A stretch of 31,915 nt of DNA from Candidatus Muiribacteriota bacterium (GCA_051747805.1 JBNJGP010000028.1:1-31915), one strand, 5' to 3'; positions 1-9,245 are shown, counted from the first letter of the stretch. Numbers and translations: made by a program. The notes: generated by a model not told the origin, from the sequence alone.

Positions 1-843
1 GTTTGAACCAGGAACTCCTTCAGTCTCTTTTACCAACTCCCCAAGCACCTCCCCTTTTACAACATTTGTAATCAGGTCCAGAGATTTAAAATCAACTTTT
101 CCATTTTCAAGAAGTTGGGGTTTTAACTCTTTTTTGGTCTGAAATTTATATTCAATTCTGGCATCTTCTCCGGGCTCAGCTGGTTTAGCTTCAGCAACTA
201 ATTCTTTTTTACCGTATTTTTTATCAAGTAGAATTTCATTTATTTTATTTTCTTTTATTCCAAAAACTACACCTTCTTCAGAAACTATATCCACCACTTC
301 TTCAAAATCAAGAGGATTTCCGCCCATTGGCTCGGTTATTGTAATATAAGCCTCAAGCTTATCGCTTGAAATTTCAACAAAAACCTCAGAATCTTTATAA
401 ATATCAGGGTCATATTCTGCAATTTTAACCTTATCCTTATCACCCTCTAAAAAGTTTTTAACACTATCATAATCAACATTTGCTATACTGTTTTCTTCTA
501 TTAATTTCTGAACTTCTTCAAGACTTCCCTTATTACCACTTTCTGTAAGTAAAAATATTCCCTGCTTTGTTTTGTCAATTTTAAGGTCAGCTTTTTCAAG
601 CTTTTCCTGAGCTCCAGAAACAACATCATCGACACTTTCTTTAGACTCTCCACTCTTTGCCTTAACCGGAACGAGCGGGATAACCTTTATTTTGAAGTTT
701 TTTTTCCCCATTCCCAGAAATCCTTCCTGACCCTCCTGAAGAATTTCTATTTCAGCTTTTTCTTCTTTAATCCCGAGTTTTTTAAGAGAATTTTCTATCA
801 GTTTTTCAAGTTCAGGTCCTTCGAAAATATAATAATCAGCCAC
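1..843 (-). CDS. FapA/DUF342-family protein with N-terminal Jag_N-like domain (3' end outside window)
   Basis: Not in the ORF track because it runs off the edge. GTG start at 843 with GGAGG upstream. Manual translation: MADYYIFEGPELEKLIENSLKKLGIKEEKAEIEILQEGQEGFLGMGKKNFKIKV (Jag_N-like), then VFVEISSDKLEAYITI...EGVVFGI...VAEAKPAEPGEDARIEYKF...ENGKVDFKSLDLITNVVKGEVL (FapA-like). Lies directly after fliA, the usual DUF342 position. Confidence 0.85.
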   Translation of the reverse strand, partial: MADYYIFEGPELEKLIENSLKKLGIKEEKAEIEILQEGQEGFLGMGKKNFKIKVIPLVPVKAKSGESKESVDDVVSGAQEKLEKADLKIDKTKQGIFLLTESGNKGSLEEVQKLIEENSIANVDYDSVKNFLEGDKDKVKIAEYDPDIYKDSEVFVEISSDKLEAYITITEPMGGNPLDFEEVVDIVSEEGVVFGIKENKINEILLDKKYGKKELVAEAKPAEPGEDARIEYKFQTKKELKPQLLENGKVDFKSLDLITNVVKGEVLGELVKETEGVPGSN

Positions 844-863
844 AAAACCCTCCAGTAAAAAAA

Positions 864-1649
864 TTAATCATGTATGAGTTCATTTTTCATATTTCTGAGC
901 TTTTCTTTAAGTCTTTTAACAGCCTTTGTATGAAGCTGAGAAACACGGGAGTCAGAAACATTAAGCACTTTACCAATTTCTTTTAAAGTTAATTCATCAA
1001 AATAATAAAGACTTATAACAAGCTTTTCTCTTTCGTTCAGGGAGTTTATCGCCCCGACAAGAATTTCTCTGGTTTCATTCTGTTGTGCCATTTCAAGGGG
1101 ATTATCACTATTTTTATTCTCAATAAAATCACCACGTGTTGATTTATTTTCATCATCAAAAAACATTTCATCAATAGACATTACAACAGCTCTTCTTGCA
1201 TCAGTAAATAATTTCCGCAGTTCGTCAATATTAAGTCCCATTTCTTCAGCAATTTCTTCTTCAGTTGCCTCTCGACCCAGACGGCTGTTTAAACTTGATA
1301 TAGCCCTATCAAGCTCTTTGTTTTTTTGTACAACAGACCTTGGAACCCAGTTCTGTTCTCTTAAGCAATCAATTATTGAACCGTGAATTCTAGTTCCAGC
1401 ATAAGTTTTAAATTTAACTTTTTTTTCGGTATCAAATTTATTTATGGCGTCAATAAGTCCAAATGTCCCATAACTCACAAGATCATCAAACTCAACATTT
1501 GGAGGAAGTTTTTCAAAAATCCTTCTGGCAATATACTTTACATAAGGTGCATATATAGTAACCAGCTGATTTTTAGATTCTGCATCCCCAGTTCCTTTAT
1601 ATTTTCTCCAAAGTTCATTCACCAGTTCTTCCTGATGTTTATCCTGCAC
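864..1649 (-). CDS. fliA: RNA polymerase sigma-28 factor (FliA/WhiG/SigD family)
   Basis: DDLVSYGTFGLIDAINKFD, KFKTYAGTRIHGSIIDCLR, WVPRSV, and region 4 LTLKEIGKVLNVSDSRVSQLH. GTG start with AGGGGG RBS. Confidence 0.93.
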   Translation of the reverse strand: MQDKHQEELVNELWRKYKGTGDAESKNQLVTIYAPYVKYIARRIFEKLPPNVEFDDLVSYGTFGLIDAINKFDTEKKVKFKTYAGTRIHGSIIDCLREQNWVPRSVVQKNKELDRAISSLNSRLGREATEEEIAEEMGLNIDELRKLFTDARRAVVMSIDEMFFDDENKSTRGDFIENKNSDNPLEMAQQNETREILVGAINSLNEREKLVISLYYFDELTLKEIGKVLNVSDSRVSQLHTKAVKRLKEKLRNMKNELIHD

Positions 1650-1663
1650 TAAAGCCCCCTGTA

Positions 1664-2611
1664 TTAAAAAAATAAAAGATACATTAATAATATTACAATA
1701 AAAGTTACCGCACCGACAATTCCATAAATAAACGGCGGAATTTTATCTTCATCTTGCTCATCTATTCCAGATTCCTCATCACTTTCTCCAAAACTTTCGG
1801 CGTCATCATCTGATTGCTGGACTTGAATTTTGAGCTCTTCCTGAAGTGAAACTTCCCCAATATAAAGTTCCCCAATTGAAATTGTCAAAACAATACTATT
1901 TGATTCATCGTTTCTTTTTATACTTTTTACATTTCCACTAAATACTTTTTTACTCTCATCATTATCATCTTTAACAAGAAAATCATTTATTTTTTCAAAA
2001 TCAATATTTGAATCCATAACACGAAAATTTATCTTGTCTCCAATCTTAACTTTATACACAGCAATTCCACCAACTGGATCAAAAACAGGATTTATTTTAA
2101 TTTTAATAAGACTTGAAGATTTTTCTCCGTCTTGATTTTCACCATTTTCATTAACAATATCCATTATATTTTCCTCCGGATTTAAAAGCGAGAATTTAAT
2201 TTCTAACTTAAGATTGGATTTTTTATATAAAGATTTAAAATTCTCCTCTAAAAGGTCTTTAATTAAAACATTTTTTAAAAAAGGGTCTCTTGAATCACTT
2301 ATAAACTCAAAAATTTTTTTAATTTTTTCCCCTTTTAAATTTTCGGGGAACTTTTCGTTTATTTCGTTAATAAAATTATAATTTTTATCATATTCTTGTA
2401 TTTCATTAAGCTTATTTTCAATTTTATTGATAAACTCTTCATTAGAATTCTCAAGTTGAAAATCGTATATATTGGAATTATGCACAGAAATAAATTTAAA
2501 TTCTTTAATTATTTCTTCATCTGAATTCGCAAGCAAATGAAAAATACCTATATGGTCAGTATCGTCCTCAACAATTCCATTTATATAAAAATCAAAATAA
2601 TTGCTTTCCAT
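1664..2611 (-). CDS. Hypothetical protein with acidic linker and C-terminal membrane anchor (possibly DUF4899-like)
   Basis: ATG at 2611 (MESNYF) preferred over the ORF start at 2668. D/E-rich linker followed by terminal TM helix FIYGIVGAVTFIVILLMYLLFF. The segment INPVFDPVGGIAVYKVKIGDKI recalls DUF4899, from memory only. Confidence 0.7.
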   Translation of the reverse strand: MESNYFDFYINGIVEDDTDHIGIFHLLANSDEEIIKEFKFISVHNSNIYDFQLENSNEEFINKIENKLNEIQEYDKNYNFINEINEKFPENLKGEKIKKIFEFISDSRDPFLKNVLIKDLLEENFKSLYKKSNLKLEIKFSLLNPEENIMDIVNENGENQDGEKSSSLIKIKINPVFDPVGGIAVYKVKIGDKINFRVMDSNIDFEKINDFLVKDDNDESKKVFSGNVKSIKRNDESNSIVLTISIGELYIGEVSLQEELKIQVQQSDDDAESFGESDEESGIDEQDEDKIPPFIYGIVGAVTFIVILLMYLLFF

Positions 2612-2642
2612 TATTTTAATAACCTTTTTTAATTTAACCCTT

Positions 2643-2912
2643 TTAAATTTCAGGGAAAATATAATCAATATTTTCTTTTTTCTTTTCTTCTTGAGCCGAC
2701 TTAACCTGCTTAATTAAAAGACCGGGAAAAAAAATATCGGCCAGAATAAAAAGAGTAAAATATACAACAGTAAATGCAGGAAAAGCAAAAACTGTTTTAA
2801 AAAGGGCTACTCTTTCATTATTTGTGGCATAAGTTACAACAAAGAATATTATACTGGAAAAAAAAGCAATAATCAAACTGTAAATTATACTTTTTTTAAT
2901 CAAATTATTCAT
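2643..2912 (-). CDS. Small membrane protein (two TM helices)
   Basis: Start overlaps the cheD stop (ATGA). Two hydrophobic segments and a charged C-terminal tail. Confidence 0.7.
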   Translation of the reverse strand: MNNLIKKSIIYSLIIAFFSSIIFFVVTYATNNERVALFKTVFAFPAFTVVYFTLFILADIFFPGLLIKQVKSAQEEKKKENIDYIFPEI

Positions 2913-3373
2913 ATAATATAATTTCCTTCTTTTAAAGTGTTAACCTTAACTTTTCCGGTACCCACATCGAATTGAATATTTCTGCCAAAATCACCACCAG
3001 TATCTTCTGAAATTATTTTTATATCTTCTTTTCTAAGAATTTCTCTTGCCTTTTTTATATTTTCAAACCCAATATTATATCTGTGATTACCAAATAATTT
3101 TGCGCCTCCAATTATCTTAGCCTGAATTTCAGACAAACCCGTTTTTTTATAATAATCTGCAAGAACAATATATAAACCCGAATCAACAAATTTTAAAAAA
3201 TTAGTTATTCTGCTGTTTTTTTTATAGGTTGGAAGCATTGCATGAAATAAAATACCGGTTCCCGATTTTTTACACAAAAGACATATTCCTAAACAGGACC
3301 CAATCCCCCCCGATGCTAAAGTATTATTTTTTTTTCCAATATAATAATCTGCCATCTTAACTTCGATTATCAA
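2909..3373 (-). CDS. cheD: Chemoreceptor glutamine deamidase CheD
   Basis: Catalytic Cys in GIGSCLGICL and His in FHAMLP; also KFVD, AKIIGGA, EDTGGDFGRNI. Likely TTG start at 3373 after GAGG (ORF track extends to 3433). Confidence 0.9.
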   Translation of the reverse strand: MIIEVKMADYYIGKKNNTLASGGIGSCLGICLLCKKSGTGILFHAMLPTYKKNSRITNFLKFVDSGLYIVLADYYKKTGLSEIQAKIIGGAKLFGNHRYNIGFENIKKAREILRKEDIKIISEDTGGDFGRNIQFDVGTGKVKVNTLKEGNYII

Positions 3374-3383
3374 AAGCCGCCTC

Positions 3384-3893
3384 TTAAAAAAAGATATATA
3401 CGCCGCCAATATCTTTATTTTGTTTAGATTCAAATAAGTTGTTAGATATTAAATTGCAGCAATCCGCACACTGCATTCTGAAACAAATCTCATTTGCAAC
3501 AACAGAAGATAAATACTCGTTTTTAATATAATTTTCTTTTATTTCGAATTCTTCTTCAAAACATAAAATCTCAAGAATTTCTTCAAGAATATATTTAAAA
3601 TTTTCACCCACTTCATATAAAAAAGCTTTATTTAAGTTGTAAAATTTCTTCACTTTGTCAATATAAAAAAAAAGCAGAATAGCCTGATTTTTCCCCGATA
3701 TAATTAAATCATTCTTAAAAACAAGAATTTCTTCTCCTCTTTCTTCAATATTATCTAAATAAAGTTTCTTCTGAGCGGGAAGTCCAATATCAACATAGCT
3801 TTCCAGAGTTTCATTAAGACAAACCGCCACTCTTCCAGAAAAAATATTTATCATCTCAAGCAGCATACTATTAAATAACTCTGAATCATTCAT
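3384..3893 (-). CDS. cheC: Divergent CheC-like protein
   Basis: SMLLEMINIFSGRVAVCLNETLESYVDIGLP fits the CheC first motif (S/D-x3-E-x2-N...P). Second motif degenerate (AFLYEVGEN). Directly upstream of cheD. Confidence 0.6.
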   Translation of the reverse strand: MNDSELFNSMLLEMINIFSGRVAVCLNETLESYVDIGLPAQKKLYLDNIEERGEEILVFKNDLIISGKNQAILLFFYIDKVKKFYNLNKAFLYEVGENFKYILEEILEILCFEEEFEIKENYIKNEYLSSVVANEICFRMQCADCCNLISNNLFESKQNKDIGGVYIFF

Positions 3894-4473
3894 TTCTTGC
3901 TCCCGTTAACTTTTTATTAACCCTATTCATCTCTTTTATTATATTCCCCGAGGCAAACGCCGGAATAATTTTTTCTATTTCAGGATATATACTATTTTCA
4001 ATAATTTTAAGCTCTTCCTGACTGAATTTTGACAATACAAAATCCCGTCTTGAAAAATTTATATTTTCAGAAAAAATTCCCACTCTTATCCTGAAAAAAT
4101 TTTTTCCAATAGCTGAAATAATTGAACCTATACCATTATGACCACCAGTTCCTCTACCTTTATTAAGTTTTAATTTTTTAAAATCAATATCAATATCATC
4201 ATAAATAACAACAATATCTTCAGGCATTATTTTATAAAACGAGCAGAATTTAACAATAGAATACCCACTGTTGTTCATAAGAGTCTGTGGTTTAACAAAA
4301 AAAATTTGTTCTCCCTCAAGCTCAGTCTTGAAATATAATGAATCAAATTTTTTTTTATAATTTATATATTTAAAGTTTTTTTCTTTAAAATAGTCTATAA
4401 ATTCATAACCAATATTATGTCTTGTTTTTTTGTATTCTGAAGGATAATTTCCCAGACCTGCAACTAATTTCAT
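3886..4473 (-). CDS. pth: Peptidyl-tRNA hydrolase
   Basis: AGLGN, TRHNIG, KPQTLMNNSG, GGHNG, RIRVGI, FVLSKF. Confidence 0.95.
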   Translation of the reverse strand: MKLVAGLGNYPSEYKKTRHNIGYEFIDYFKEKNFKYINYKKKFDSLYFKTELEGEQIFFVKPQTLMNNSGYSIVKFCSFYKIMPEDIVVIYDDIDIDFKKLKLNKGRGTGGHNGIGSIISAIGKNFFRIRVGIFSENINFSRRDFVLSKFSQEELKIIENSIYPEIEKIIPAFASGNIIKEMNRVNKKLTGARNE

Positions 4474-6749
4474 AAATACCCTTTTATCTTTTCAATAAAC
4501 TCTTGGTCATCATCATATATATTTAAAATTTTTTCTAAATACATTTCTACTTTCTCTTCTTTATTGAGCTTATTTCCCATCTTTATTAGATTTTCATAAA
4601 CCCATTTATCATCCCCAAAATCTTCAAGCATATTCTCTAGAATCGTATAGGCTTTTGAAGGTTGGAGTTCATAATAATACTGGTATTCAATTTTTTTTGA
4701 CTGAAACTTATCAGGATAAATAAACAAAAGCCTGTCAAGATAAGAACGTGCTTTTTCATATTTATTTTCTCTTATAAGCGAATGAACAATACTTGATAAA
4801 CTAAAAAAATCATCTGATTCTAATTCAATTACTTTAACAAAGAAATCATAGGCCCTGTTGTAAAACTCTTCATTAAAGCATGCTATACCAATTTTACGGT
4901 AGGCAGACACTTTTTTATCATTACTTGTTTCAATATCTTTCTCTTTTAATTTATCATAATTAGCCATTGCCTCTTCGTTTTCTTCATCCATTTCATAGGA
5001 TTTTCTATAAAGCTGCATTGCTTTTTCGTAAAGGTTCAACTCCTGAAAACATCGCCCCAAAAAGAAGTTTATATAGCTGTTATTCGGAGAAAATTGAAGC
5101 GCCTCAAGATAATAGGCTATTGCCTCAGGATATTGATTTTGAGCATAATATACATTTCCAATATTTATTAATATATTGAAGTTCTCTGGTTGAATTCTGT
5201 GACCAGTTTTAAAATTTTCAAGTGCTTCTGAAAATTTACCTTCTCTGGCAAATTCAATTCCAAAATTGTAATAGGATTCAGCATCAGAAAACATTTTTGT
5301 GTTTCCGGCCAAATCTGTTTCACCAAAAAGCGAGCTTAGATAATTAGCCCACCTGGTTTCTGAGAAATTATTTATTAAGTGTTGTTTTTCTTCCTCCATT
5401 TCCTCAAAACGACTGTTTCTTTTCAACGATAAAATAAGATAGTATCGAAATTTAGGGTTCTCAGGGTCTATTTCACAAGCTTTTTTATAAGCGTTGAGAG
5501 CCTGTTTGTATTTCCTCATACGGTCAAGAAATATTCCCTCATTAAACCATATTTCTGGATTACTAGAATAATTTTTGTTTTTATTTAAAAGTTCAACAGT
5601 TTTTTCAAACTCATTATGCTGGGCAAAATAAAAAGCAAGCTCATTGTAAATATCGCTTATGAATTGACTATTCTCAGTATTTAATACTTTCTCCATTATT
5701 TCTTCAAGAGTCTGAAAATCCTCTCTAACCATATTATAATTAAGCTCAAGATAGATTTTGCTTTTTTCATCAAACTCAAACCCTTTCTCTTTAAACTGAG
5801 TGTAAGCTTCGTTATAATCCTCAATTCTTTCATATTCTAATAAACTTTTTAAAATAAAATATCTTGTATCATCATTTTTAAACAAATCAAGATTATCTTT
5901 TTCCTTAAAATACAACTCTATAATATTAAGAAATTCTTCATTATAAAAATAGGATTGTATCAGCTTATCTAAAACCCCCTGCTTTACATCAGAGTGCTTT
6001 GATAAATAAAGTGCCTCAAAAATACGTGCCGCGCTTTCAAAATTTTCTTCATTTAAAAAATCAACAGCCTGATCATAGTAAAAATTAAAATCCTCTTTTG
6101 TAATATTTACAGAATCAACACTTTCAATATCACTTAAAACTTCTTCGGCATTTTTTTCACTATCAACAATAGAATATAATCTCACAAGTTTCATTCTTGC
6201 ACTTTCATACTGAGGCTCTATTTCAAGAATTTCTTCATAAGTATCTATTGCCTCATGATAATTCTCTTTCTGCTCATAAATATTCGCAAGTTTATCCATA
6301 GCATTAATATTTTCGGGGGTGATTTTTAAAACTCTTCTTATATACTCCTCTTTTGTCTGAAGACTATCTGCCTGACTTTCAAGAAACATAAGTGAATCCA
6401 CAAGTTTTTTTCTAATATCTTTATCTTCATAATAGTTGAAAGCATTCTCAAGATAACGGACAGCCTCTTTGAACTCCCCTTCTTCAAAATGATGAATACC
6501 CTTACTTCTATTTACAGAATAAAGTCTGTTAAGGGCTTCGGTATTATAAGGATTTATTTGCACCAGCTCAAAATATATATCTATTGCCTCTTCATAACTT
6601 CCACCATCTTCATAATTCAGAGCAATCTGAAATTTATCCTCGGTCAAATTTTGCGAAGATTTCTCTGAAGGCTTTACAGAAGAAGACCTTCTTCCACACG
6701 CAGATAATAAAAAAACAAAAGCAAGGGATAATATTAATATTTTTCTCAT
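4470..6749 (-). CDS. Large TPR-repeat lipoprotein
   Basis: Signal peptide MRKILILSLAFVFLLSAC ending in lipobox LSAC. Many TPR-like units (e.g. YNFGIEFAREGKFSEALENF, INIGNVYYAQNQYPEAIAYY). GGAG RBS. Confidence 0.85.
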   Translation of the reverse strand: MRKILILSLAFVFLLSACGRRSSSVKPSEKSSQNLTEDKFQIALNYEDGGSYEEAIDIYFELVQINPYNTEALNRLYSVNRSKGIHHFEEGEFKEAVRYLENAFNYYEDKDIRKKLVDSLMFLESQADSLQTKEEYIRRVLKITPENINAMDKLANIYEQKENYHEAIDTYEEILEIEPQYESARMKLVRLYSIVDSEKNAEEVLSDIESVDSVNITKEDFNFYYDQAVDFLNEENFESAARIFEALYLSKHSDVKQGVLDKLIQSYFYNEEFLNIIELYFKEKDNLDLFKNDDTRYFILKSLLEYERIEDYNEAYTQFKEKGFEFDEKSKIYLELNYNMVREDFQTLEEIMEKVLNTENSQFISDIYNELAFYFAQHNEFEKTVELLNKNKNYSSNPEIWFNEGIFLDRMRKYKQALNAYKKACEIDPENPKFRYYLILSLKRNSRFEEMEEEKQHLINNFSETRWANYLSSLFGETDLAGNTKMFSDAESYYNFGIEFAREGKFSEALENFKTGHRIQPENFNILINIGNVYYAQNQYPEAIAYYLEALQFSPNNSYINFFLGRCFQELNLYEKAMQLYRKSYEMDEENEEAMANYDKLKEKDIETSNDKKVSAYRKIGIACFNEEFYNRAYDFFVKVIELESDDFFSLSSIVHSLIRENKYEKARSYLDRLLFIYPDKFQSKKIEYQYYYELQPSKAYTILENMLEDFGDDKWVYENLIKMGNKLNKEEKVEMYLEKILNIYDDDQEFIEKIKGYL

Positions 6750-6767
6750 TTTTCTCTCCAGTTTTAA

Positions 6768-7730
6768 TTACTCAAAAAGCGGCGAAAGAGACTTTTCATG
6801 ATGAATATTATAAATAGCTCTTCCAAAAATAGGGGCCACAGACACTTTTTTTAATTTTTTAATATTTTTTCCGGCCTTCGGAACACTGTTTGATACAATA
6901 ACTTCTTTAAACTTACTATTATTTAATCTTTCTACAGCAGGACCCGAAAAAACACCATGAGTAGCAACTGCATATACTTCCCGGGCTCCTTTTTCTTTAA
7001 GAACGTCTGCTCCTTTAACAATAGTACCGGCTGTATCAATCATATCATCAACAAGTATTGCATTTTTTCCTTCTATAGCTCCAATTACATTCATAATATC
7101 TGCCTCATTGGGCTTTAATCTTCTTTTATCAATAATCGCAAGTGGACACTTAAGTTTTTTAGCAAAACTTCTAGCCCGTCCAACACCACCTGCATCTGGT
7201 GAGACAACAACTGTATCTTCTAATGAAAAATTATTTTTTATAAAATACTCAGCAAGCAGAGAACTACCTAAAAAATGGTCTACCGGAATATCAAAAAATC
7301 CCTGAAGCGCCCAAGTATGAAAGTCCAGCGCAAGTATTCTATCCACGCCAGCTGTAACAAGCAGATTCGAAACCAGCTTGGCCGTAATAGGCTCCCTTCC
7401 CTTTGTTTTTTTCTCCTGTCTGGCATAACCAAAATACGGCATTACTGCAGTAATTCGACCTGCAGAAGCTCTTTTAAGAGTATCAATTAAAATAAGAAGT
7501 TTCATTAAATTATCGCTAACCGGATGACATGTCGGCTGAACAACAAAAACATCTTTTCCCCTGACAGTATCAAAAATCTGAATATGAATTTCACCATCAC
7601 TGAAATGGTCAATTGCAATATTACACTTTTTAATTCTCAAAAAATCACAAACCTCATCGGTTAACTCAGAATTACCGCCACCATCAATTATTACTAAATC
7701 ATTAACATTTAATTTTTCCGGGTCATTCAT
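6768..7730 (-). CDS. prs: Ribose-phosphate pyrophosphokinase
   Basis: FSDGE, PYFGYARQ, VVSPDAGGV, DKRR, and PRPP-binding LVDDMIDTAGT. Confidence 0.97.
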   Translation of the reverse strand: MNDPEKLNVNDLVIIDGGGNSELTDEVCDFLRIKKCNIAIDHFSDGEIHIQIFDTVRGKDVFVVQPTCHPVSDNLMKLLILIDTLKRASAGRITAVMPYFGYARQEKKTKGREPITAKLVSNLLVTAGVDRILALDFHTWALQGFFDIPVDHFLGSSLLAEYFIKNNFSLEDTVVVSPDAGGVGRARSFAKKLKCPLAIIDKRRLKPNEADIMNVIGAIEGKNAILVDDMIDTAGTIVKGADVLKEKGAREVYAVATHGVFSGPAVERLNNSKFKEVIVSNSVPKAGKNIKKLKKVSVAPIFGRAIYNIHHEKSLSPLFE

Positions 7731-9093
7731 CACTAGACTCCTTATTATAATTTAACTTATTAGCCTGACGACTCCTTCCAAAAGCAAGAGCTCTTTCAGG
7801 CACATTTTTATTTATGGTTGAACCACCAGCCACAAAAGAATTATCGCCAATATTCAGAGGAGCTATTAAAGTTGAATTAGAACCGATAAAACAATTTCTG
7901 CCGATAATTGTTTTATGCTTATTTTTCCCGTCATAATTACATGTTATCGTTCCCGCACCAATGTTAGAATTGCTGCCAATATGAGAATCGCCTATATAAC
8001 TTAAATGAGAAGCCTTAACATTACTGTCAAGAGTTGAATTTTTAATTTCAACAAAATTGCTTACTTTTGAATCTTCGCTTAAAAGTGTACCACTTCTTAA
8101 TCTTGAAAACGGACCAGCTTCTGCCCCCTTTTTAAGACTGGCTCCCTCTAAATGGGAAAACTCTACTGAGGCCGCCTCCACAACAGAATCCTTTAAAAAA
8201 ACATGAGGACCAATTACAGAATCTTTTTTTATTTTACTTTTACCACATATAATAGTAAAGGGATTAATCCGGGTATCATTTTCAACCTCTACATCATAAT
8301 CAATATAAACAGTTTCAGGGGAGTAAATATCAACCCCGGCAAGCATTAAGTTCTCATTTATTCTTTTTTGAATAATTTTCCTGGCCTCAGAAAGGGCAAC
8401 AATATTATTTACCCCGCTCAAATGCTTTTTATTACCAGCAAAGGTTCCTGCTTTTTTTCCTTCTTTATAAGATATTTGAATTAAATCTGTAAGATAAAAT
8501 TCATTTTGACTGTTTGAACTTTTTAAATTAAAGGCCGCTCTTTTTAAAAAATTAAAATCAAAAATATAAATTCCGGAGTTTATTTCTTTAATTTTAAGCT
8601 CTTCACAACTAGCGTCTTTCTGCTCTACAATTCTTTTTATATTTCCCTGTTTATCCTTTATAATACGGCCATATCCATGCGGAGAAGCAAGTTCAGTTGT
8701 AATCACAGAAACAGTGTTTTCGTTTTTAATGTGATAATCTTTAAAATCCGCAAGCTCCTCGGCACTAAGCAAAGGAGTATCGCCACATAAAACAAGAATA
8801 TTATCAGTTTCTTCTTTAATCCCCTTTAAAAAACTCATAACAGCATGACCAGTTCCAAGCTGTTCTTTTTGAATATAATAGTTAAATTTATTTTTCATGG
8901 GATGTTTATTGAGTTTTTTTATCACATTTTCAGAATCATGTCCCAGTACAAAGTGAATTTTTTCAGGAGAAACTTGAAAGGTTGAATCAATCACATAATA
9001 AATCATAGGTCTTCCGGCAATATCAAAAAGAACCTTGGATTTACTGTTTTTCATTCTAGTTCCTTTTCCGGCCGCAAGTATAAGTACGTCCAC
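7723..9093 (-). CDS. glmU: Bifunctional UDP-GlcNAc pyrophosphorylase / glucosamine-1-phosphate acetyltransferase
   Basis: LAAGKGTRM, QLGTGHAV, GYGRI, EFYLTD, hexapeptide repeats, NIGAGTITCNYDG. GTG start with GGAGG. Confidence 0.97.
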   Translation of the reverse strand: MDVLILAAGKGTRMKNSKSKVLFDIAGRPMIYYVIDSTFQVSPEKIHFVLGHDSENVIKKLNKHPMKNKFNYYIQKEQLGTGHAVMSFLKGIKEETDNILVLCGDTPLLSAEELADFKDYHIKNENTVSVITTELASPHGYGRIIKDKQGNIKRIVEQKDASCEELKIKEINSGIYIFDFNFLKRAAFNLKSSNSQNEFYLTDLIQISYKEGKKAGTFAGNKKHLSGVNNIVALSEARKIIQKRINENLMLAGVDIYSPETVYIDYDVEVENDTRINPFTIICGKSKIKKDSVIGPHVFLKDSVVEAASVEFSHLEGASLKKGAEAGPFSRLRSGTLLSEDSKVSNFVEIKNSTLDSNVKASHLSYIGDSHIGSNSNIGAGTITCNYDGKNKHKTIIGRNCFIGSNSTLIAPLNIGDNSFVAGGSTINKNVPERALAFGRSRQANKLNYNKESSDE

Positions 9094-9113
9094 CCTTAAC
9101 CTCCATAAATAAC

Positions 9114-9140
9114 AAAAGCGATTCTTGAAGAATCGCTTTT
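9114..9140 (-). terminator. Rho-independent terminator-like hairpin after tRNA-Gln
   Basis: Perfect 12-bp inverted repeat aaaagcgattct-tga-agaatcgctttt. On the minus strand it ends in UUUUGUUAUUU. Confidence 0.75.
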
Positions 9141-9156
9141 ATAAATTATAAGTATA

Positions 9157-9232
9157 TGGCTGAGGCGGTTGGACTCGAACCAACGCATGCAGGAGTCAAA
9201 GTCCTGTGCCTTACCGACTTGGCCACGCCCCA
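9157..9232 (-). tRNA. tRNA-Gln (anticodon TTG)
   Basis: Reverse complement TGGGGCGTGGCCAAGTCGGTAAGGCACAGGACTTTGACTCCTGCATGCGTTGGTTCGAGTCCAACCGCCTCAGCCA: cloverleaf, TTCGA T-loop, encoded CCA. Confidence 0.95.
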
Positions 9233-9245
9233 GTATATAAATAAA

